Shown one piece after another: positions 11,349-22,286 of a stretch of DNA of 64,000 nucleotides. Under the pieces are notes generated by a model. That model did no database searches. It was not told the DNA's origin and was given only the letters and a program-made list of their open reading frames with translations. Positions within the stretch are counted from its first letter, which is position 1. The number at the start of each line of letters is the position of its first letter. Both the position numbers and the translations under genes were made by a program. The stretch is from Macrostomum hystrix. Its lineage: Eukaryota > Animalia > Platyhelminthes. The stretch covers positions 11,780,001-11,844,000 of the forward strand of contig CATNEN010000001.1 in NCBI GenBank assembly GCA_950097015.1, in the 5' to 3' direction.

Positions 11349-11906
11349 GGCTATCCTCTAGAACCATTTGTTTAATTGCTTTTCTGCTTAAATTTAATTC
11401 ATTTATATTTGCAAAGTTCAAAAATATGAAACACATGAATGAATTAACAGTTTAACACACAGGAAAACAAATAGTTTTTTATAGTTTACTTACCACATCA
11501 TCAGGACACAAAGGTATTCTACAACACTTGAGGGTATAACCAAATCAAAGGCATGTGGGCTCACTCCAAAACCATGTTTCGGTAAATGCATGGCACATCT
11601 GACAGCCTGTTTGAGTTATACCAACAAGAATATCTCTGGAGACAGCTGTTCAAACAAAATGTTTTTGACAACTTCCTTTACTGGGTTGCCCACTATTACC
11701 CAGTTTAACATGAAGTCTACACTCATGTCTTGGCTTGTATTGTTTTTGTGATTTGATGTGGCGAGTGAACTATAACAAACTATTTTGCTTCCCATGTGTG
11801 TTAAAATGTTAATTTGTTCATATGTTTCCCATTTTTAAACTCTCTAAATTTAAAGAAACAAACTAAAGCAAAAAATAATTAAACATATGGTTCTAAAGGA
11901 TAGGCC
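11349..11906. mobile_element. Decayed foldback/MITE-like element with ~150-bp inverted arms
   Basis: 11349-11500 is the diverged reverse complement of 11754-11906 (GGCTATCCTCTAGAACCATTTG...TACCACATCA vs TGATGTGGCG...CATATGGTTCTAAAGGATAGGCC). Confidence 0.6.
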
Positions 11907-12623
11907 CTAGCCCTTTGTCATACACTCATACATGTTTCAGATTGGCTATATAGTTAGCATATATCCTTGTAGACAGACTAGGGAAATCTAAGTAAGGAAC
12001 TAATAACAAAAATATTACTTAGGCTACTGAATATTGAAGTGGACAAATTGAAACTCAAATTTCAAAATTCAAATTTTCACAAAGCATAAAGACAGCATTT
12101 CAACAACAATTGGCCTGCTGGCATTGGTTAGACAAGCACCCTGCCATAAATAATAGAGATGACAACATGTCTATAAGTCTTGGTCACAATGTCATCCACC
12201 CTCTCAGACCCTGGACACATTGTCATCCAGATGACAAAAAGCTGATAAAAAGTTTCCAGGAACCATATCTGTGACGTTTAAAAATTCTTACACAATGCCA
12301 AATCTCATACCAATAATTGTACCAGTATGGCAGTACATTGTTTTAAATTGGGATCCAAAAAAGCATTACTTTGTCTTAAACTGAGAGTTCAGTAGCTAGG
12401 CCTTGCAAATGTCACAAAGAATTGCCATTGAAAATAATAATAATATATAGCCCCCTATAAATAGCTGTTAACACAAAAGTGATTCAAATTACATATGTAC
12501 ACGTCGACGTCTGTTGCACAGACAGCCTACAAACATAGTGGATGTTTTGCTAGTAAATAAATTCATTATATATTAAGCCGTTAAGGTCTAACAATTTATG
12601 TAAGGACTAGCTAACAGTGTAAA

Positions 12624-15220
12624 TCCAACTATACTAAATCTCTAAAGTCTGTCTGTCTGTCTGTCTGTGGAATTTCGATACACAGGCTAAATGCCTCAAC
12701 CAAATTTGATCGCGTTTTTTGCTAAACATGCCAAATTTTACTGGCATGAGACCTTGAAAATTTCGTTAGTCTGCTTCAATGCTAACAATATTAAATATTC
12801 GAAAAACGAGTTTTCCTATTGCTTTCAATAGGAGGCCAAACAAGGTTAAATTAGAATAGGGCCGGACACTGTCAGCTTTATTAGATTGCATCGGTGCTTT
12901 TTCTCGCCCGCGCGTGCATTGGTATAGCACTGAACAGGGCCCGATACTCTCAATTGAATAGGATTGCGTCACTGCTTTTCGACCCGTACGTACGTTTATA
13001 AATTTGTCTCTTGGCTGATCGAGTGATTTGATTTAAATACGCAAACCGTACATAGCAGATTTCATGATTGGGCTTTTATGATGCTCAATGCTAGCGAGAC
13101 CTCTCCTCCTCCTTTCTATCCATAAAACTGCAGCCTTTCTATTGTCAAACCTTGTCTCGACTTCGATCATTGTGCCGCTTTCTTTTCATCTAGCTCCGAA
13201 GTAAAGTACTTTAATGCTATTGTAGAATGCAGGTAGAATTTCAGCATCGGTTTTGTTACTGCTTCTTTTTCTTCTAATCTTCTAAACATCAGCAGTTAAA
13301 AACGTAAGTTCCTGTTTATTAGTATTTTTTGGGCATTTTTGGGTTCGAGTATAAATACGAGTAAGTAAGTAAGCGATTTTGGTTAGCTACTGTCGAAGCA
13401 GATATTTGTTAGCTTTATTATTCCTGTACTCGCTTTCAGAAAATAGTATTCGTTTTCGAGTAAAGCAGCAAGTTTTATTCGATAATAAAACTTAGGAAAT
13501 ATTTTTTGTGCATAGCTGCAGGCGCTATCACAATTGAGAACTGCAAGAAAAAAATATTGAGCGCAGCTAAGAGCGTAAATTATTTCCAATTTTTCTATTT
13601 TTTAGCATTGCTTTAAGCGTTATTCGATTAAAAAAATGGCTTATTTTATAATAATAATTATAAAACTTTATTCGACGAAGTCTGATCGAAACCGTTTTCT
13701 AAAGTGCTCAACGATTTTCTAAATGTGTCCAACGATTTTCTAAATGTGTCCAACGATTTTCTAAATGTGTTTAACAGTTTTCTAAATGTATCTACCGTGC
13801 CACATGTAACAGGAGATGTAACAGGAGATATTTGTTGCCTTCTGGGCTGAGTAAAACGATGGACACATCGTTTCTATGCTATTTGGGGGCAATGGTTTCC
13901 TGTCAAAGAAAAAGGGCAAAAATTTCTTGCTGCGAGTTTGGTAGCCTGCAAGTAGCCTCCATTCTGGTATTATGGAGGTTCTCTTCTGTTTGAAGAACAT
14001 TAGTTCTCTGCTGCTGGGGGAATTAGTTCTCGGCTGCTGGGGGAATTGGTTCTCTGTTGCTCGGGGAATTAGTTCTCTGTTGCTGGGGAAATTAGTTCTC
14101 TGCTGCTGGGGAAATTAGTTCTCTGCTGCTGGGGAAATTAGTTCTCATGGCAAAACCAGCGTTTGAATCATGGCTAAACTAGAGTTTGAATCATAGTTAA
14201 ACCAGAGTCTGAATCATTCTAAGCCAGAGTCTGAATCATGGCTAAACCAGAGCTTAAATCATGGCTAAACCAGAGTCTGAATCATGGCTAAATTTACGTT
14301 TGAATCATGGCAAAACCAGAGTTTGAATAATGGCTAAACAAGAGTTTGAATCATGGCTAAACCAGCGTTTGAATCATGGCCAACCAGCGTCTGAATCATG
14401 GCTAAACCAGAGTTTATATCATGGCTAAACCAGAGTTTGAATCAAAGATAAACCAGAACTGGGGGATAATCGTCAACTGTGGGATAATTGTAAACTGGGG
14501 AATCATCATCAAATGGGGATCATGGTCAACTGGGAGATCATTGTCAACTGGGTGATCATCATCAACTGGGGGATCATTGTCAACTAGGGGGTAATAGCCA
14601 ACTGGGGTAACATTGTCAACTGGGGATCATCATCAATGGGGGATCATAGTCAACTGGGAGATAATTGTCAACTGGGTGATCATCATCAACTGGGGGATCA
14701 TTGTAACCTGGGGGATCAATGTCAACTGGGGGATCATTGTCAACTGGGTGATTATCTTCAACTGGTGGATCATTGTCAACTGTGGGATCATTGTCAACTG
14801 GGGGATCATTGTCAACTGGTGGATCATTATCAACTGGGGGATCATTGTCAACTGTGGGATCATTGTCAACTTGGGGAACATTGTCAACTGGGGGATCATC
14901 ATCAACTGGGGGATCATTGTCAACTGGGGAATCATTGTCGACTGGGGGACCATTGTCAACTGGGGGATCATTGTCCCAGATCATTGTCAACTGGGGGATC
15001 ATTGTCAACTGGGGGATCATTGTCAACTGGGGGATCATCATCAACTGGGAATCATTGTCGACTGAGGGACCATTGTCAACCGGGGGATCATTATCAACTG
15101 GGGGATCATTGTCAACTGATCATTGTAGCGTAAAAAAGGCTAAAAATACAGCTGCTAAAAAGTGTATACTGGACGAATTAAAAATATTTCTGCTCCCCGA
15201 AGGGGGGCAAAACTTGCTAG
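12624..15220 (+). mobile_element. Helitron unit, type A 5' end (2597 bp)
   Basis: TC...CTAG. Order: unique body, 21-bp repeat (13695-13790), 23-mer S1, 23-mer S2, 18-mer, terminal hairpin. Confidence 0.88.
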
Positions 15221-15230
15221 TATCCATCCA

Positions 15231-17827
15231 TCCAACTATACTAAATCTCTAAAGTCTGTCTGTCTGTCTGTCTGTGGAATTTCGATACACAGGCTAAATG
15301 CCTCAACCAAATTTGATCGCGTTTTTTGCTAAACATGCCAAATTTTACTGGCATGAGACCTTGAAAATTTCGTTAGTCTGCTTCAATGCTAACAATATTA
15401 AATATTCGAAAAACGAGTTTTCCTATTGCTTTCAATAGGAGGCCAAACAAGGTTAAATTAGAATAGGGCCGGACACTGTCAGCTTTATTAGATTGCATCG
15501 GTGCTTTTTCTCGCCCGCGCGTGCATTGGTATAGCACTGAACAGGGCCCGATACTCTCAATTGAATAGGATTGCGTCACTGCTTTTCGACCCGTACGTAC
15601 GTTTATAAATTTGTCTCTTGGCTGATCGAGTGATTTGATTTAAATACGCAAACCGTACATAGCAGATTTCATGATTGGGCTTTTATGATGCTCAATGCTA
15701 GCGAGACCTCTCCTCCTCCTTTCTATCCATAAAACTGCAGCCTTTCTATTGTCAAACCTTGTCTCGACTTCGATCATTGTGCCGCTTTCTTTTCATCTAG
15801 CTCCGAAGTAAAGTACTTTAATGCTATTGTAGAATGCAGGTAGAATTTCAGCATCGGTTTTGTTACTGCTTCTTTTTCTTCTAATCTTCTAAACATCAGC
15901 AGTTAAAAACGTAAGTTCCTGTTTATTAGTATTTTTTGGGCATTTTTGGGTTCGAGTATAAATACGAGTAAGTAAGTAAGCGATTTTGGTTAGCTACTGT
16001 CGAAGCAGATATTTGTTAGCTTTATTATTCCTGTACTCGCTTTCAGAAAATAGTATTCGTTTTCGAGTAAAGCAGCAAGTTTTATTCGATAATAAAACTT
16101 AGGAAATATTTTTTGTGCATAGCTGCAGGCGCTATCACAATTGAGAACTGCAAGAAAAAAATATTGAGCGCAGCTAAGAGCGTAAATTATTTCCAATTTT
16201 TCTATTTTTTAGCATTGCTTTAAGCGTTATTCGATTAAAAAAATGGCTTATTTTATAATAATAATTATAAAACTTTATTCGACGAAGTCTGATCGAAACC
16301 GTTTTCTAAAGTGCTCAACGATTTTCTAAATGTGTCCAACGATTTTCTAAATGTGTCCAACGATTTTCTAAATGTGTTTAACAGTTTTCTAAATGTATCT
16401 ACCGTGCCACATGTAACAGGAGATGTAACAGGAGATATTTGTTGCCTTCTGGGCTGAGTAAAACGATGGACACATCGTTTCTATGCTATTTGGGGGCAAT
16501 GGTTTCCTGTCAAAGAAAAAGGGCAAAAATTTCTTGCTGCGAGTTTGGTAGCCTGCAAGTAGCCTCCATTCTGGTATTATGGAGGTTCTCTTCTGTTTGA
16601 AGAACATTAGTTCTCTGCTGCTGGGGGAATTAGTTCTCGGCTGCTGGGGGAATTGGTTCTCTGTTGCTCGGGGAATTAGTTCTCTGTTGCTGGGGAAATT
16701 AGTTCTCTGCTGCTGGGGAAATTAGTTCTCTGCTGCTGGGGAAATTAGTTCTCATGGCAAAACCAGCGTTTGAATCATGGCTAAACTAGAGTTTGAATCA
16801 TAGTTAAACCAGAGTCTGAATCATTCTAAGCCAGAGTCTGAATCATGGCTAAACCAGAGCTTAAATCATGGCTAAACCAGAGTCTGAATCATGGCTAAAT
16901 TTACGTTTGAATCATGGCAAAACCAGAGTTTGAATAATGGCTAAACAAGAGTTTGAATCATGGCTAAACCAGCGTTTGAATCATGGCCAACCAGCGTCTG
17001 AATCATGGCTAAACCAGAGTTTATATCATGGCTAAACCAGAGTTTGAATCAAAGATAAACCAGAACTGGGGGATAATCGTCAACTGTGGGATAATTGTAA
17101 ACTGGGGAATCATCATCAAATGGGGATCATGGTCAACTGGGAGATCATTGTCAACTGGGTGATCATCATCAACTGGGGGATCATTGTCAACTAGGGGGTA
17201 ATAGCCAACTGGGGTAACATTGTCAACTGGGGATCATCATCAATGGGGGATCATAGTCAACTGGGAGATAATTGTCAACTGGGTGATCATCATCAACTGG
17301 GGGATCATTGTAACCTGGGGGATCAATGTCAACTGGGGGATCATTGTCAACTGGGTGATTATCTTCAACTGGTGGATCATTGTCAACTGTGGGATCATTG
17401 TCAACTGGGGGATCATTGTCAACTGGTGGATCATTATCAACTGGGGGATCATTGTCAACTGTGGGATCATTGTCAACTTGGGGAACATTGTCAACTGGGG
17501 GATCATCATCAACTGGGGGATCATTGTCAACTGGGGAATCATTGTCGACTGGGGGACCATTGTCAACTGGGGGATCATTGTCCCAGATCATTGTCAACTG
17601 GGGGATCATTGTCAACTGGGGGATCATTGTCAACTGGGGGATCATCATCAACTGGGAATCATTGTCGACTGAGGGACCATTGTCAACCGGGGGATCATTA
17701 TCAACTGGGGGATCATTGTCAACTGATCATTGTAGCGTAAAAAAGGCTAAAAATACAGCTGCTAAAAAGTGTATACTGGACGAATTAAAAATATTTCTGC
17801 TCCCCGAAGGGGGGCAAAACTTGCTAG
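15231..17827 (+). mobile_element. Helitron unit, type A, apparently identical duplicate of 12624-15220
   Basis: Same length; ORF track identical at a +2607 offset. Confidence 0.88.
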
Positions 17828-17831
17828 TCCA

Positions 17832-20800
17832 TCCAACTATACTAAATCTCTAAAGTCTGTCTGTCTGTCTGTCTGTGGAATTTCGATACACAGGCTAAAT
17901 GCCTCAACCAAATTTGATCGCGTTTTTTGCTAAACATGCCAAATTTTACTGGCATGAGACCTTGAAAATTTCGTTAGTCTGCTTCAATGCTAACAATATT
18001 AAATATTCGAAAAACGAGTTTTCCTATTGCTTTTAATAGGAGGCCAAACAAGGTTAAATTAGAATAGGGCCGGACACTGTCAGTTTTATTAGATTGCATC
18101 GGTGCTTTTTCTCGCCCGCGCGTGCATTGGTATAGCACAGAACAGGGCCCGATACTCTCAATTGAATAGGATTGCGTCACTGCTTTTCGACCCCTACGTA
18201 CGTTTATAAATTTGTCTCTTGGCTGATCGAGTGATTTGATTTGAATACGCAAAACGTACATAGCAGATTTCATGATTGGGCTTTTATGATGCTCAATGCT
18301 AGCGAGACCTCTCCTCCTCCTTTCTATCCATAAAACTGCAGCCTTTCTATTGTCAAACCTTGTCTCGACTTCGATCATTGTGCCGCTTTCTTTTCATCTA
18401 GCTCCGAAGTAAAGTACTTTAATGCTTTTGTAGAATGCAGGTAGAATTTCAGCATCGGTTTTGTTACTGCTTCTTTTTCTTCTAATCTTCTAAGCATCAG
18501 CAGTTAAAAACGTAAGTTCCTATTTATTAGTACTATTTGGGCATTTTTGGTTCGAGTATAAATAGTAAGCGATTTTGGTTAGCTACTGTCGAAGCAGATA
18601 TTTGTTAGCTTTATTATTCCTGTACTCCCTTTCAGAAAATAGTATAAGCTTTTTCGAGTATCGGGAATTCGATAATAAAACTAAGGAAATATTTTTGTGC
18701 ATAGCTGCAGGCGATATCACAATTGAGAACTGCAAGAAAAAAATATTGAGCGCAGCTAAGAGCGTAAATTATTTCAATTTTTTTAGCATTGTTTTAAGCG
18801 TTATTCGATCAAAAAAATAGCTTATTTAATAATAATAATTATAAAACTTTATTCGACGAACACTGATCGAAACCGTTTTCTAAAGTGCTCAACGATTTTC
18901 TAAATGTGTCCAACGATTTTCTAAATGTGTTTAACAGTTTTCTAAATGTATCTACCGTGCCACATGTAACAGGAGATGTAACAGGAGATATTTGTTGCCT
19001 TCTGGGCTGAGTAAAATGATGGACACATCGTTTCTATGCTATTTGGGGGCAATGGTTTCCTGTCAAAGAAAAAGGGCAAACATTTCTTGCTGCGAGTTTG
19101 GTAGCCTGCAAGTAGCCTCCATTCTGGTATTATGGAGGTTCTCTTCTGTTTGGAGAACATTAGTTCTCTGCTGCTGGGGGAATTAGTTCTCTGCTGCTGG
19201 GGGAATTAGTTCTCTGCTGCTGGGGGAATTAGTTCTCTGCTGCTGGGGGAATTAGTTCTCTGATGCTGGGGGAATTAGTTCTCTGATGCTGGGGGAATTA
19301 GTTCTCTGCTGCTGGGGAAATTAGTTCTCTGCTGCTGGGGGAATTAGTTCTCTGCTGCTGGGGGAATTAGTTCTCTGCTGCTCGGGAAATTAGTTCTCTG
19401 CTGCTGGGGAAATTAGTTCTCTGCTGCTGGAGGGGAATTAGTTCTCTGCTGCTGGGGAAATTAGTTCTCATGGCAAAACCAGCGTTTGAATCATGGCTAA
19501 ACCAGAGTCTGAATCATGGCAGAGTCTGAATCAAGGCTCGTGTGTTTTGCCGCAAAGATTGGCCAGAGCCAACAAGGAAAGCAATAGCAAGCCATCCATC
19601 TATTCGGCTTATGGCACGCTTTGCTGCTCCCATCAGCGGCGGCTTGCTCTCCTCTCCTCTCTCTGATCCCCATTCTGTGTCCCTTCCCCTGCAGTTTTTC
19701 TCGGCTCTTCTCTAGCGCCAGCCGGTTGCGCGGAAGTCCGCGCGATCACTGTTTTGGCTTCTATTTCTCTCTCTATACCCGTTAGTCCCGCCACAAATGC
19801 TCAATTCGACATTTTGTTTGGACTCCTATCCAACTATACTAAATCTCTAAAGTCTGTCTGTCTGTCTGTCTGTGGAATTTCGATACACAGGCTAAATGCC
19901 TCAACCAAATTTGATCGCGTTTTTTGCTAAACATGCCAAATTTTACTGGCATGAGACCTTGAAAATTTCGTTAGTCTGCTGCAATGCTAAAAATATTGAA
20001 TATTCGAAATACGAGTTTTCCTTTTGCTTTTAATAGGAGGCCAAACAAGGTTAAATTAGAATAGGGCCGGACACTGTCAGTTTTATTAGATTGCATCGGT
20101 GCTTTTTCTCGCCCGCGCGTGCATTGGTATAGCACTGAACAGGGCCCGATACTCTCAATTGAATAGGATTGCGTCACTGCTTTTCGACCCGTACGTGCGT
20201 TTATAAATTTGTCTCTTGGCTGATCGAGTGATTTGATTTGAATACGCAAAACGTACATAGCAGATTTCATGATTGGGCTTTTATGATGCTCAATGCTAGC
20301 GAGACCTCTCCTCCTCCTTTCTATCCATAAAACTGCAGCTTTTCTATTGTCAAACCTTGTCTCGACTTCGATCATTGTGCCGCTTTCTTTTCATCTAGCT
20401 CCGAAGTAAAGTACTTTAATGCTTTTGTAGAATGCAGGTAGAATTTCAGCATCGGTTTTGTTACTGCTTCTTCCACTATACTAAAAATGAAATGGTTGGT
20501 TGGTTGGTTGGTTGGTTGGTTGGTTGTAATTGATTTTCTCCCGAACAGCTCAACCGATTTTCACAATTTCTTCACCAAAAGATGCTAAATATGGGGAGAA
20601 TTATACACGTATTTTTATTAAGCTTAACTTTATTGCTAAGGGGATTAAATATTCGAAAAACATGATTTTTTAAAGGTCAAACCATCTTGGCCTATTGAGA
20701 ATTTCACTGACAGCCACTGAATTAGAATTGCATCGTCAAATTGCGCAACAACCCCTAGCTAATTGAATTTGAAGCCTGCACTCTGGAGACAAATTTGAAA

Positions 20801-22286
20801 TAAATGTACACAACCAACTGCGAGACTGAGTGTACTCTATTTTCTTACTTCATTGTACAAAGCCAGAACTTTGAGAATTCATTTTATAAGGCAGATTTTT
20901 GCACCCACTAACCAACAGTCGGAAAAGCCGATGTGTAGGCACTAGGAATAGGTTAGGCTAGGCTAGGGTTCGATTCTGCACTGGGTCAAATCATTTAGAC
21001 AAATTTTCAGCCAGTAGTGATTGAAGATTATTTTATATTATTTTTTATATTTCGTAAATAAAATATCATAAATCATAGCAAATCTGAGTTTGAATCATGG
21101 CTAAACCAGAGTTTGAATCATGGCTAAACCAGCGTCTGAATCATGGCTAAACCAGAGTTTGAATCATGGCTAAACCAGAGTCTGAATCATGGCTAAACCA
21201 GAGTTTAAATCATGGCTAAACCAGAGTCTGAATCATGGCTTAACCAGAGTTTGAATCATGGCTAAACCAGAGTCTGAATCATGGCTAAACCAGCGTCTGA
21301 ATCATGGCTAAACCAGAGTTTGAACCATGGCTAAACCAGAGTCTGAATCATGGCTAAATTTACGTTTGAATCATGGCAAAACCAGAGTTTGAATAATGGC
21401 TAAACAAGAGTTTGAATCATGGCTAAACCAGCGTTTGAATCATGGCCAACCAGCGTCTGAATCATGGCTAAACCAGAGTTTATATCATGGCTAAACCAGA
21501 GTTTGAATCAAAGATAAACCAGAACTGGGGGATAATCGTCAACTGTGGGATAATTGTAAACTGGGGAATCATCATCAAATGGGGATCATGGTCAACTGGG
21601 AGATCATTGTCAACTGGGTGATCATCATCAACTGGGGGATCATTGTCAACTAGGGGGTAATAGCCAACTGGGGTAACATTGTCAACTGGGGATCATCATC
21701 AATGGGGGATCATAGTCAACTGGGAGATAATTGTCAACTGGGTGATCATCATCAACTGGGGGATCATTGTAACCTGGGGGATCAATGTCAACTGGGGGAT
21801 CATTGTCAACTGGGTGATTATCTTCAACTGGTGGATCATTGTCAACTGTGGGATCATTGTCAACTGGGGGATCATTGTCAACTGGTGGATCATTATCAAC
21901 TGGGGGATCATTGTCAACTGTGGGATCATTGTCAACTTGGGGAACATTGTCAACTGGGGGATCATCATCAACTGGGGGATCATTGTCAACTGGGGAATCA
22001 TTGTCGACTGGGGGACCATTGTCAACTGGGGGATCATTGTCCCAGATCATTGTCAACTGGGGGATCATTGTCAACTGGGGGATCATTGTCAACTGGGGGA
22101 TCATCATCAACTGGGAATCATTGTCGACTGAGGGACCATTGTCAACCGGGGGATCATTATCAACTGGGGGATCATTGTCAACTGATCATTGTAGCGTAAA
22201 AAAGGCTAAAAATACAGCTGCTAAAAAGTGTATACTGGACGAATTAAAAATATTTCTGCTCCCCGAAGGGGGGCAAAACTTGCTAG
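17832..22286 (+). mobile_element. Composite Helitron unit: A body + foreign 290 bp + truncated A (19829) + type B element (20472)
   Basis: Internal TC 5' ends at 19829 (TCCAACTATACTAAATCTC) and 20472 (TCCACTATACTAAAAATGAAAT(GGTT)n), with a single CTAG end. Confidence 0.85.

Noticed and set aside
20945-20985. B-box-like GGTTCGATTC and TTAGG/CTAGG repeats in the type B body
   Set aside because: No convincing A box or tRNA fold; too short to call telomeric or Pol III.
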